A DNA stretch of 64,000 nt, taken from Eledone cirrhosa. Lineage: Eukaryota. Below, one piece after another: positions 1-13,429 of the stretch. Both the position numbers and the translations under genes were made by a program. The stretch is taken from contig OZ024759.1 of NCBI GenBank assembly GCA_964016885.1, positions 29,760,001 through 29,824,000 of the forward strand, in the 5' to 3' direction. Position 1 is the stretch's first letter. Each line of letters starts with the position of its first letter. The notes below the pieces were generated by a model. It made no database searches. It saw only the letters and a program-made list of their open reading frames with translations, and had not been told where the DNA came from.

Positions 1-66
1 GTGTGTTCTGTTATTAATTCTGGCAATATTACACAAATATGACCCTCTCCAAGTATAACAATATAT

Positions 67-155
<89 letters not shown>

Positions 156-215
156 AATATCATCTTCATTATCATTGTCATTTTAATATCTGCTTTCTTC
201 TCTGCTAGCAAAGGT

Positions 216-255
<40 letters not shown>

Positions 256-485
256 TTATTGCTTGTAGCAATCATCACTTAAACAAAGGACATGTCTAAT
301 TTCTAAGTAAGTGACTGCCACTTGTAGTAGTCTGAACTATCATTAATTCCGCAGTTCAAGAGATAGATGATTTGACCATTGTTAGAACCGACATTCAGAA
401 ATACAGTGATTAGTTATGAGCTCATATTTGAAGCATCATTATACAGAAGTCAGTAATTAACTAAGATAAATTAAATAAGATAATT

Positions 486-541
<56 letters not shown>

Positions 542-623
542 AATGTATGAATATATATATTGATATATATATATATATATATATATGTCAATGTATGAAT
601 ATATATATATATATATCAATGTA

Positions 624-680
<57 letters not shown>

Positions 681-805
681 TCATCATCATCATCAACGTT
701 TAACGTCCGTGTTCCACGCTTGCATGGGTTTGGATGGGGGTAGTCCCACTTGAGGCAAGAGTGATATATATATATATATATATATCAATGTATGAATATA
801 TATAT

Positions 806-854
<49 letters not shown>

Positions 855-1819
855 AATGTATGAATATATATATATAGGGTCCATTGAACCCCATATTGGT
901 TTGCATTCTTCAATAGTTCATCCTGAACAATTGAATAAACCTTTAGATATTAAGGAGCAGGATATTTAGGAAAGGTTGATAAGGTGGCATGTAGTTAATT
1001 AGTGTTGCAATAATTACTTTGATTAAGATGCCAATGAAGCAACAGTAATTTCTTGATTGCTTGAGGAATCAGAGAGATCAGAGAGATACAGGTTTGATTA
1101 TTCGTTTAGTTGAACCATTTTCTGTTACTCTTAATGTCCTGTACCGCACGAAACCACATTAGCAAAGACATTCTTGAAAATTTCAAAGCAACACTCTGAC
1201 TGGATCACATAAAATCTTCACCCTCATTGCTCTGATCGATTGACAAGTTCCCAGACCTTATTCATTTTACCAAATAGGGTGAACCTCATCAAATCGGACT
1301 AAGGAAACAATGTTTCCATTGGTTTTCCCATTACTGATACTATCTACTGGTTGCAACTTCTGGCAGAAAGAGCAATGTGAAATAAAGTCTTGCTCAAGGA
1401 CACAACACATCACCCGGACTGATAATTGAACTTACAACCTCATGATTGCGAATCCAACTCTCTAACTACTAAACGATGTGCCTTCACCGTTATACTACAA
1501 ATTTCCACAGCAATCTGTCCAACAGTAAAGATAATATAAACATTTGAATTAACAATTAACAAACCACACTAACAAGACATTCTTGTAATCTACAAAACAA
1601 CACTATACATTCATCATATTAGAAATTAAAATCTTCACTCTTATACTCAAAATGTTTACACTTATCTGTTCACTAGTAAAGATACTATAAACATTTGAAT
1701 TAACAGCCCACATGAAACTACATTAGTGAGACATTCTTGCAAACTACAAAATAGAACTAAAACTGTTTCATATCTAAAATTAAATTCTTCACTTTTATGC
1801 AGCAAATTTTCACAATTTT

Positions 1820-2000
1820 CATCCTTCCTCAACACATGACCTAACCATCTCATTCCATTTCTCTTCACAACATCCATCCCTGGCTCTATTCCTCTCACCT
1901 AGTCACTTTCATCTTTCCTAAACACATCTCTCAGCCATCTCCCACAATTTCTTTTCCCAACACTCATCACTTGCTTTATTTCCACCATCCTCTTGTAATT
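1820..2000 (-). mobile_element. Old RTE-like fragment
   Basis: VVKRNGMRWLGHVLRKDE matches the RTE C-terminal RLRW.GHV.R motif. Confidence 0.6.
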
Positions 2001-2539
2001 TATCATTTGGCATTATTAAAGCGACCCTATGGTGTTGAACAAAGCCAAGCTATTAATTAGGTTATTATGGAAGTGAACCAAATATAGGAAACAAAAAGTT
2101 GTAGAAGGAGGGGGAGGTAGAGGAGAAGGAAAAGATGAAAACAGAAAACAAAAGAAGACAGAAGAAAGAAGAAGAAGAAGAAGAAGAAGAAGAAGAAGAA
2201 GAAAGAAGAAGGAAGAAGAAGAAGAAGAAGAAAGAAGAAGAAAGAAGAAGAAGAAAGAAGAAGGTGATGAAGAAGAAGATAAAAAGAAGAAGGTAATGAC
2301 GAACAAGGTGATGAAGAAGAAGAAGGAGAAGAAGATAAAGGAGAAGAAGAAGGTGACAGTGAAGAAGATAAAGAAGAACAAGGTGACGAAGAAGAAGAGG
2401 AGGAAGAAAAATGTCCTTCAGTGATTCTTTTGGGGAATTGTAAAAGTTGTACACGGAACAAGAGTGACATATGAGATGAAATATTAATGATTAAATTAAT
2501 TAATTTTGGAAATAAATCATAAAATTAATTGTTACCAGA

Positions 2540-3486
2540 GGGCAGTGGATTGGCAACAGAATCAGTAGAGCATCGGGCAACATGATTTGTGGCATATAGT
2601 TAGAGTATGGTCCTTTACATTTTGAGTTCAAATCCCGCTGGAGTTAACTTTGCCTTTCATCCTTATGGAGTCAATAAAATAAAGTACCAGTAATACACTG
2701 GGGTAATTGCTGGCCTTGTGCCAAATGTAGAAACAATTATTAAAGTAGAAAGAATTATCATTATAATTAAGGACGGTGAATTGGCAGTATCGGTAGAGGG
2801 TCGGACACCATGCTTTGCTGCATAGACTTACGGCCCTTGCCATTCTGAATTCAAAGCCCACCGAGGTTAACTTTCATCCTTACGGGGTCAATAAAATAAA
2901 GTACCAGTAATGCACTGGGATAATTGCTGGCCTTGTGCCAAATGTAGAAACAATTATTATAATTAATAGATTGGCAATATCGGTAGAGCACCGTACAACA
3001 TGATTTGTGGCATAGAGTTATGGCCCTTTGCGTTCTGAGTTCAAATCCCACCGAGGTTAACTTTCATCCTTACGGGGTCAATAAAATAAAGTACCAGTAA
3101 TGCACTGGGATAATTGCTGGCCTTGTGCCAAATGTAGAAACAATTATTATAATTAATAGATTGGCAATATCGGTAGAGCACCGTACAACATGATTTGTGG
3201 CATAGAGTTATGGCCCTTTGCGTTCTGAGTTCAAATCCCACCGAGGTTAACTTTCATCCTTACGGGGTCAATAAAATAAAGTACCAGTAATGCACTGGGA
3301 TAATTGCTGGCCTTGTGCCAAATGTAGAAACAATTATTATAATTAATAGATTGGCAATATCGGTAGAGCACCGTACAACATGATTTGTGGCATAGAGTTA
3401 TGGCCCTTTGCGTTCTGAGTTCAAATCCCTCTGGGGTTACCTTTGCCTTTCCCCCTTACGGGGTCAATAAATTAAAGTACCAGTAC
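2540..3486 (+). mobile_element. Head-to-tail array of five Nin-domain SINEs (190-bp period in the last three)
   Basis: GAGTTCAAATCCC B-box, Nin-type core CTTTCATCCTTACGGGGTCAATAAAATAAAGTACCAG and (ATT) tail. The middle copies are near-identical. Confidence 0.85.
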
Positions 3487-3509
3487 CTGACTGATGTTTA
3501 ACATTTAAA

Positions 3510-3865
3510 CAGGCAATATCCAACTAAGCATAGACGAGTTGAGAGAGAAACTGTGTATAAGAGGGATAAGCTGTAGTATGCAGGAGAGAAGACTGCGATG
3601 GTATGACATGTGATGTTCATGGAGGATGACCGCTGGGTAAAGAAGTGCCAAGAAATCCCAGGAGAAGGAAGACGCAGTTGAGGAAGACCATGAAAATCAT
3701 GGGCGCAGGTGGTGAGAGCTGACCTTGGATCTCTGAAGCTCATGGAGGAGGTGACGAAGGACCGTGACGAGTGGAGAGATGTTGTGCTGAATAGGACCCA
3801 TCCCACCCTTGTAAGCAGGGAAAAAGCGGATGTAAAATGATGATGATGATGACGATGATGATGAA
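3510..3865 (+). mobile_element. RTE 3' fragment, second family
   Basis: Degenerate RRLRWY.HV..M.D..WVKKC..GR..WA..V, ending CCCACCCTTG.AAGCAGGGAAAAAGCGGA.GTAAAA(TGA)n. Related copies at 56120-56270 and 58055-58330. Confidence 0.8.
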
Positions 3866-5128
3866 TTCTCACACCTCTTTCTGCTCAAACAGGCCATAAC
3901 TTGCAACTGTTAAGGGGCTCTAAAGAAAAGGGTGGAGGGGAGAAGGTGATGGGCTCTGATAAATGATATTCTAAACAGTAGCTTAACCCTTAAGCATTTA
4001 AACCAGCCGTATCTGTTCAAATCAGCTGTAACTGGACACTCATACTGATGTTAAGGTATTGTTCTCAAAATAAATAATATCAAAATCTCATAGATTCGAT
4101 ATTATGTGAGATGAAAATATAATAGTATATATAGAGTAATGTAAATGCTAAGGGGTTAATCAACTTTTCCCCTCCCTCAAAATTACTAGCCTTTTACCTA
4201 AATCTGAAACCATTATCATTATTATTGCGTGTGGGTGGATTGGCAGTATCGGTAGAGGGTCAGATGCCATGCTTTGCAGCATGGAGTTACGACCCTTTAT
4301 GATCTGGTTAACTTTGCCTTTCATCCTTATGGGGTCGATAAAATAAAGTACCAGTAATAAACTGGGGGTAATTGCAGGCCTTGTACCAAAAGCAGAAACA
4401 ATTATTATTGAGTGTGGGGGATTTGCAGTATTGGTAGAGCATTGGTCAACATGTTTTGTGGCATAGAGTTACATTCTATTAAGTTCTGAGTTCAAATCCC
4501 TCTGAGGTTAACTGTGCCTGTCATCCTTACGGGGTACAATAAAATAAAGTACACACACACAAATCATCATCATCATCATCGTTTAACGTCCATATTCCAC
4601 ACTTGCATGGGTTTGGACGGGAGTTTTCCCACTTGAGGCAAGAGTGGTTGTCTTGCTCGCATAGGACTGTCTGGCGGGTTTTCTAAGGCTGGATGCCCTT
4701 CCTAACACCAACCACATTTACAGTGTGGAACTGGGAGGTTTTTACCATGTTACCTACACACATATATATATATATATATATATAAATATATATATATCAT
4801 CACCATCATCAACATTGTCGTTTAATGTCAATTTTTCCAAAGCTTGCATGGGTTAGTAGACAAATATATATATATATACACACACACATATATATATAAA
4901 CACACACATATATATATAAACACATTTATGTAAACATATACAACACACACACATATATATATACATGTACAAATACACAAATACACACACACACACATAT
5001 ATAGATATAAACACACATATATATAAACATATATATACACACACATATATATATTTAATATGGAATGAACCAAGATTGTTAAATTAAATCCATCTTTAAT
5101 CTCAACAACACTTGTTTTTTTTACAGAT

Positions 5129-5172
<44 letters not shown>

Positions 5173-5281
5173 GGTATATATTAACATATCTCTATCTCTC
5201 TCTTTATATATATATATATATATACACACACATATATATATACACACATATATTTACATATATATATATATACACACACAC

Positions 5282-5312
<31 letters not shown>

Positions 5313-5559
5313 TACCCATACATACATATCATCATCATCATCATCATCATCATCAATATCCATTTCCTCTATACACAGAAATATAAAGATATATACGGAC
5401 GTAAAACGATGATGATGATGATGATGATGATGGTAATTGTCTTGTAGGAACATCTCGTGATGGTTGGAAAGTTAGCAATGGGATTTAATGACTCGTATTC
5501 TGATTATTTCAACATGGACAAAAAGTCTACGAAATATCCAACATGATTAGCAGCATAAT

Positions 5560-6626
5560 AATAATAATTGTTTCTATTTTAGGCACAAGGCCAGCAATTA
5601 CCCCCAGTACATTACTGGTACTTTATTTTATTGACCCCGTAAGGATGAAAGGCAAAGTTAACCTCGACGGGATAATAATAATAATTGTCTACTTTAGGCA
5701 CAAGGCCAGCAATTCTGGGAGAGAGGAAAGTCTATTAAATTGACCCCAGTACATTACTGGTACTTTATTTTATCGACCCCGTAAGGATGAAAGGCAAAGT
5801 TAACCTCGGCGGGATTTGAACTCAGATCATAATAATATTAATAACTGTTTCTGCTTTAGGCACAAGGCTAGCAATTGTGGGAGAGAGGAAAGTCTATTAA
5901 ATTGACCCCAGTGCATTGCTGGTACTTTATTTTATCGACCACGTAAGGATGAAAGGCAAAGTTAACTTCGACGGGATTTGAACTCAGGCCGTAAAGGGGC
6001 GTAACTCGATCCTGCAAAGCATGGCGTCCGACCCTCTCCCGATAATGCCAATCCAATATATAATCTACATATGTTATTTGTTCTGTGTATGTGTATATGT
6101 ATAATGAGTGTGTGTGTGTGTGTGTGCATATATATATATATAATTGTTTCTACTTTTGACACAAGGCCAGCAATTACTCCAGTGTATTACTGGTACTTTA
6201 TTTTATCGACCCCGTAAGGATGAAAGGCAAAGTTAACCTCGGCGGGATTTGAGGTAAACTTTGCCTTTCATCCTTACGGATATATATATGTATAATGAGT
6301 GTGTGTGTGTGTATATATATATATGTATATATACAGACAGTCCACGCTGTAATGTGGCCGTGTAGGCAACATGGTAAAAACCTCCCAGCCCCACACTGTA
6401 AATGTGGTTGGTGTTAGGAAGGGCATCCAGCTGTAGAAAACCCGCCAGACAGTCCTATGCGAGCAGGACAACCACTCTTGCCTCAAGTGGGAAAACTCCC
6501 GTCCAAACCCATGCAAGCGTGGAATATGGACGTTAAACGATGATGATGATGATGATGATGATGATATATATATATATATATATATATAATGTGTGTGTGT
6601 GTATATATATATATATATGTATAATG

Positions 6627-6659
<33 letters not shown>

Positions 6660-7320
6660 GTATAATGAGTGTGAGTGTGTGTGTATATATATGTATATGT
6701 ATATATGTATAATGAGAGTGTGTGTGTGCATATATATGTATAATGCGTGTGTGTGTGTGCATATATATATATGTATAATGAGAGTGTGTATTATATGTAT
6801 AATGAGTGTGTACATATGTATATGTATAATGAGTGTGTGTGTGTGCATATATATATATAATGAGTGTGTGTGTGTGTGTGCATATATATATGTATCTACT
6901 GATACAATAATAATTGTTTCTACTTTAGGCACAAGGCAAGCAATTTTGGGGGAGGGGTAATTTGATTAAATCCATCCCAGTACATTACTGGTACTTTATT
7001 TTATCAACCCCGTAAGGATGAAAGGCAAAGTTAACCTCAGCGTTGATTTGAACTCAGAACGTAAAGGGATGTAACTCTCTGCCACAGAGCATGGTGCTTG
7101 ACGATCTACCGATTAATGCCAATGCATTAATAATTGTTTCTACTTTTGGCACAAGGCCAGCAATTACCCCCAGTACATTACTGGTACTTTATTTTATCGA
7201 CCCCGTAAGGATGAAAGGCAAAGTTAACCTCGGCGGGATTTGAACTCAGATAATAAAGGGGCGTAACTCTGTGCTGCAAAGCATGGCATCCGACCCTCTA
7301 CCGATACTGCCCATCCACTA
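5560..7320 (-). mobile_element. Cluster of Nin-domain SINE copies and fragments, interrupted by an RTE-tail fragment and microsatellite
   Basis: Repeated CTGGTACTTTATTTTATCGACCCCGTAAGGATGAAAGGCAAAGTTAACCTC. Confidence 0.8.
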
Positions 7321-7924
7321 ATAATGACTTCTTTTGTTGGCCACAGGGCTCGAAAGCATCAGAAACATTACAGGTACCAATACAACAGGTTTACATCGAG
7401 TAATGTAAAAGAGTACATCATGATATTTTAATATTTCCCCAAGGACGCCGAGTTAGAGGAAAATTACAAAGACAAGGGGTTACCAGGTGGGGCTTGCGTT
7501 GAAGGGGTTAGATAACAATTGGACGACAGAGAAAAAAAAAACGAAAAAAAAAATAATAGTAATAACTAAAACCCAAAATTATATAAACTTGGTGGTTGTT
7601 TACGTAAATGGTAAATACTATTTGTTAATCTATAGTCTAAGTGGAGTATGAATACTTCCTGGTTAATTATCCATTCGTACTAGTCAATAGACATAGCAAT
7701 TGCCTAGGTATGTGGGTTTATGTTTGGATATGTCTGTGTTTGTGTTTGGATGTGTGTGGGTTTGTGTTTGGATGTGTGTGGATGTGAGTGTGTGTATATG
7801 TATAAATATGGGTGTATCTTTTATTTTTTTTTTTCGCATATAGTCCATGTATGCTACTATATAAACACTCTCTTACTATATATATATATAGTAAAAAATT
7901 GAACGGGAACAAAACAGAGAGGCA

Positions 7925-7960
<36 letters not shown>

Positions 7961-7965
7961 GCATG

Positions 7966-8022
<57 letters not shown>

Positions 8023-8119
8023 GTATATATATATATATATAAATATATATACACATGTATATATATATACACACATATATATATATACACATATTTATAT
8101 ATATATATATATGTACATG

Positions 8120-8173
<54 letters not shown>

Positions 8174-8204
8174 AGCATACATACGTTTATAAAGATATAT
8201 ATGT

Positions 8205-8239
<35 letters not shown>

Positions 8240-8687
8240 CACATATTTATATATATATAAGCATACATACGTTTATAAAGATATATATGTATATATATAT
8301 ATATATATAAATATATATATATACACACACACACACATAATTGTATACTTGAACTTAGGCAGTACATTCTTAGTTCATCTAAGCAAAATATTTAATAATT
8401 GAAAGAGATGTATGCCTCCATATATAGTCAGTGGCATGCACACACATACACATATGCACACACACATACACACATGCACATACACACACCCATACACATA
8501 TGCACATACACATATACACACACACACACATACATATATGCACACACACGTGGGATTGTTTATATGAATATTGAATAGTAGTGCATTTGTGCATTCATAA
8601 ATTCAACATGCTATGTATTGAGTACCTTACTTACTGTGGTTACTCCCGATTGAACCTGGGATTCACACACACACACATATATATACA

Positions 8688-8719
<32 letters not shown>

Positions 8720-8788
8720 CATATACATATATATATGATGATGATGATGATGATATATATATATATGATGATGATGATGATGATGATG

Positions 8789-8845
<57 letters not shown>

Positions 8846-8863
8846 TATACACATATATATACA

Positions 8864-8895
<32 letters not shown>

Positions 8896-8959
8896 CATAT
8901 ACATATATATATGATGATGATGATGATATATATATATGATGATGATGATGATGATGATG

Positions 8960-9000
<41 letters not shown>

Positions 9001-9038
9001 TATACACATATATATACATATATATAAGTAAGTATGTT

Positions 9039-9326
9039 TTGAAACAGTGAGCGAGTTTGAAATTAGAAATATAAGCTTTCACTGTATTTTTGACTAAAGA
9101 AATTTTTAGCCTGATAGTGGGGTTTAGAACCCTCAGAGAAATGGAAAAAGATATTTATATCCAGTCTGGATAACCAAAGATGTGGGTTCGGCTTCCATGT
9201 ACGTCAATACTCATCTTTTTCCATTTCTCTGAGGGTTCTAAACCCCACTATCAGGCTAAAAATTTCTTTAGTCAAAAATACAGTGAAAGCTTATATTTCT
9301 AATTTCAAACTCGCTCACTGTTTCAA
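9039..9326. repeat. Perfect inverted repeat, 114-bp arms, 60-bp spacer
   Basis: 9039-9152 is the reverse complement of 9213-9326. Confidence 0.95.
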
Positions 9327-9848
9327 TATATCTGTTTCACTGTTTTTATATATATATATATATCATCATCATTTTACGTCCGCTTTTCCCTGCTTGCAAG
9401 GGTGGGCTGGGAACTGATTCTGGCTTGATTTCTACAGCTGGATGCCCTTCCTAACACCAACCTCATTTACAGTGAGTGCTGGGTGCTTTTTTGTTGTGGC
9501 ACCTCCACGATCACTCTGCAGTGGAATGATAGGGACCCCAGTCCTATCATCTCATTTCTACAGCTGAGTAAACTGGAGCAATGTGAAATAAAGTGTCTTG
9601 CTCAAGGAAACAACAGATCACCCGGTCTGAGAATTGAACTCACAACCTTTCGATTGCAATCCCAATGCTCTAACCACTAAGCCATGTGCCTCCATATATA
9701 TATGAAATGAAATGATGAAATGATGATATATATACACACACATATATACATATATATATACATATATATATATACACATATATATATGCATGCATATATA
9801 TATATTTTTTACCTTTGTAACAGAACATCTTGGTCACCCCGCATATAC

Positions 9849-9881
<33 letters not shown>

Positions 9882-10284
9882 TACAAACATATATATATAT
9901 ATGTATGTATGTATATATTTACTTATATATTTACTTATATACACACCATATATACACCCACCACATACAGTTAATATTGTGTGGATTAATGAGTTTTCTT
10001 TTATTTTTTTCTACTAACATGAAGGTCAGAGTATAAAGGAAATCTTTATATGACATTTGCAGAATATTTATACACTATATATTCTATATTTGTATATATT
10101 TATTCTATACTTGTGTATATATATATTCTATACTTGTATATGTATATATATTCTATATTGTCTGCTTACTTGTACAGAATATATATACTTGTATATATAT
10201 TGTATATTCTTTATACATATATATTGTATATTGTCTACTTGCATCGAATATATATACATATATACCGTATATTGTCTGCTTACT

Positions 10285-10323
<39 letters not shown>

Positions 10324-10564
10324 TAAAATAACAGATTAAAGTTTAAGCAAAGAATCGCTGCTTTCACCCTTAACGGGATCTTATATATATATTGTATATT
10401 TTCTATACATATATAGTTTATATTCTACACTTATATAGAATATATATACTTATATAGAATATATATACTTTTTTATATAGAATATATATACTTATTTATA
10501 TAGAATATATATACTTATTTATTGTATATTCTCTATAAATGTATATTGTATATTGTCTACTTAC

Positions 10565-10643
10565 TTGTACAGAATAACAGCCATCACAATTGTTAAGACG
10601 AAGACTCCACCAAAAACAGCGAGTACAATTCGTGGTGTATCAT
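10565..10643 (-). CDS. Receptor guanylyl cyclase exon E (transmembrane helix); not in the ORF track
   Basis: TTTGTTTTCTTCTAG|AT acceptor completes Asp GAT with exon D; donor ACAA|GTAAGT. 79 nt, (D)DTPRIVLAVFGGVFVLTIVMAVILY(K/N), with 21 hydrophobic residues directly after the hinge. Confidence 0.9.
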
Positions 10644-10802
10644 CTAGAAGAAAACAAATGAGAGAAAAATATAGATGATGAGAGATTGAGCCATGTTAGA
10701 TGATGTAAAGATATAGAAATGGCTTCTAAAGGACTAGAACTGTTTCATTCGAAGGAAATCATCAGGAAATGTATAAATACCACCATATCACAAGGACATT
10801 TC

Positions 10803-10852
10803 GCTTTCCTGATGATTTCTCCCAAATGAAACAGTTCTAGTCCTGTAGAAGC
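10803..10852 (+). ncRNA. Type I hammerhead-like motif (CTAG-loop family)
   Basis: GCTTTC-CTGATGA-TTTCTCCCAAAT-GAAA-CAG ttctagtc CTG-TA-GAAGC. Minus-strand relatives at 10722-10769, 11509-11553 and 15704-15775. Confidence 0.6.
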
Positions 10853-10892
10853 CATTTCTATATTAAACATTATATATGTTAAACAGTGGTGA

Positions 10893-10973
<81 letters not shown>

Positions 10974-11126
10974 CAAGATGGATGGTAGGTTGTATGTGAA
11001 TCGCGATGATCACGTCTGACCTACCAAATATGTGACGGTAGCTAGTTAAGCTCTATGCGTATAAGCAGAGCAGAAATATTAATGAAAAAGAACAAAGGAA
11101 CTATTATGACATTACAACAAGTTTAT

Positions 11127-11173
11127 TGCCGACAGCCGTTTCGTCCGACCCCATGGTGGGACTTTTCAAGGCA
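11127..11173 (-). ncRNA. Type I hammerhead ribozyme, U3-A8 core variant
   Basis: TGCC-TTGAAAA-GTCC(c ACC atgg GGT c)GGAC-GAAA-CGGCTG-TC-GGCA. Helix I TGCC/GGCA, helix II GTCC/GGAC, GUC cleavage triplet, followed by AATAAA. Confidence 0.82.
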
Positions 11174-11415
11174 TATAACATGTGATTGTAAGTTCATTAT
11201 TTACATCAACGTATCACTTAAGACTAGCAGTTTGAAATTGTGGTATACATCAGCAGCTCCGCTTGTATATTTGGGGTCTATATTCTAAGGGGGCTCTTTT
11301 ATATTAGTTGTCGGAATTGTGAAAGGGATGGGTTATGGGGAGTTAAGAGAATTTGAAAATGGCCTAAGAGTCAGGGATTGAAGGTTAAAAATTAGATAAT
11401 TTATAATTTACGCAT

Positions 11416-11462
<47 letters not shown>

Positions 11463-11590
11463 ATATCATCACCACTGTTTAACATATATAATGTTTAATA
11501 TAGAAATGGCTTCTATAGGACTAGAACTGTTTCATTTGGGAGAAATCATCAGATCAGAACAAACATCACGGACGCTCTATCTCAAAATTA

Positions 11591-11626
11591 TTTTTGAAAA
11601 GCATTAGAAATGCGCAACCGGTAAAA
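11591..11626 (+). ncRNA. Minimal hammerhead relic (ACCGGT family)
   Basis: TTT-TTGAAAA-GCATT aga AATGC-GCA-ACCGGT-A-AAA. Helix II is perfect, but GAAA is mutated to GCAA. Confidence 0.55.
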
Positions 11627-11820
11627 CTTAAAACCAAAACTGAATACTAACCAATACAATTACTAATTCTCACTTATTCCTAATTAAACTATTTTTCCCT
11701 GTGAACAATTTATCAGCATTTTCTATTCCGTTTACCAATATATATATATATATATATATATAAGAAAATGAGGGTTTTTTTTAAATGAAAAAAAAACGAG
11801 ATGTCCTACACAAGTGAAAG

Positions 11821-12053
11821 TATAAGGAAAAGAAATTGAAAATGCAGCTGGAGTCTTTTTAAGAATATTTATTTGTCTCCTTTACCAGTCTCACATTTCT
11901 TATGCTTTTCAAAAGTAGAATTGAGATGGAGGGTTTGTGGTCCTCCATCTCAATTCTACTTTTGAAAAGCATACAAACAGTGAAACCAGTAAAGGAAACA
12001 AATAAATATTCTTAAAAAGACTCCAGTTGCATTTTTGATTTCTTTTCTTTATA
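11821..12053. repeat. Imperfect palindrome, about 112-bp arms, 9-bp loop
   Basis: TATAAGGAAAAGAAAT...GATGGAGG / CCTCCATC...ATTTCTTTTCTTTATA. Confidence 0.9.
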
Positions 12054-12088
12054 TATATATAGAAAAGCTTCTACAGGACTAGAACTGT

Positions 12089-12140
<52 letters not shown>

Positions 12141-12576
12141 GGTGATGTGCTCATGTATTGAAATGCTATAAAATAGCTTATAAAATAGGGTGAAGAACCT
12201 TAAAGATCGAAAAAGGAGCTGTCACTGAAGGAGGAATATAGTAAAGCTATGCCAAGTAACTTTCAAGTTCAATGTTATTCTAAAATCAATAAATAGAATG
12301 AATGTATTCAACCTGGTTGAAATTTATATGGAATCGGTAATTGTAACTTTCAGTAAACAAATCCAGGATATTGTACACAGAGCATTTAAATAATAAATAC
12401 AGGAATTATGAAAGAATTTAACTTGTTGACTGCTGTGTATATTTTACACAGCTACAGTTGCTGTGTCAGGTTTTTTTTTCAGTAAAATGACTATTTTTTT
12501 AAAACAAACATTTATTAAGAACTCATATCTGAATAATTGACAAATGTCACATCAACAAACAAGTAACTCCCATCTA

Positions 12577-12935
12577 GCTTTGAAGTTATGAACTGTTGGA
12601 AACGAGTTCATAACTTTGAAGTTATGAGCTGTTGGAAACAAGTTCATAATTTTGAAGTTATGAGCTGTTGGAAACGAGTTCATAACTTTGAAGTTATGAG
12701 CTGTTGGAAACGAGTTCATAATTTTGAAGTTATGAGCTGTTGGAAACGAGTTCATAATTTTGAAGTTATGAGCTGTTGGAAACGAGTTCATAATTTTGAA
12801 GTTATGAACTGTTGGAAACGAGTTCATAATTTTGAAGTTATGAGCTGTTGGAAACGAGTTCATAATTTTGAAGTTATGAGCTGTTGGAAACGAGTTCATA
12901 ATTTTGAAGTTATGAACTGTTGGAAAAGAGTTCAA
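12577..12935. repeat. Minisatellite, 36-bp unit, about 10 copies, each self-complementary
   Basis: TTTGAAGTTATGAGCTGTTGGAAACGAGTTCATAAT. Confidence 0.95.
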
Positions 12936-13389
12936 ACATATTAGGACGAGTTATCTCGTCCATTGCACTGGAATGTAAACATGTAAAGACAAGTTATTTT
13001 GTCCATGGCGCTGAAGAGGTTAAGATATTTTTCTTAGTCTTGCACATGTTTCAACAAATGAAATGTGAAGAATAAGGTAATTGGAAAAATGTCATTAAGC
13101 TACACCATTATTGGTTGTGATGCAAGGTTGTGATGCAGGGTTGTGATGCAGGGCTGTGGTGTAGGGTTGTGGTACACCCCTACAGGGTTGTGAAAGAAAT
13201 TGAATGCGTGAATGGAGTAAAAGAATACACACATATATATATAGAGAGAGAGGTAGAACACTGGAAGGTAATATCCGTAGTGGTAGAGCACTCAGTCCAT
13301 GGGACGAGTTAAGTAGAAGTGGTAACACAACAGTTAGTTCACCATACCGAGAACAATTGTTCTTGGTATGGTGAACTGTTGTGTTACCA

Positions 13390-13429
<40 letters not shown>

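Noticed and set aside
10345-10383. AAGA-TCCC gttaa GGGT-GAAAGCAGCGATTC on the minus strand
   Set aside because: Looks like a hammerhead 3' half, but the CUGA core is cut off by (TA)n, so it cannot be called.
1-10564. Next guanylyl cyclase exon (post-TM, ...EL...LW.I)
   Set aside because: No matching frame found by eye; it probably lies beyond the window start. Likewise no upstream exon was found in 55883-64000.
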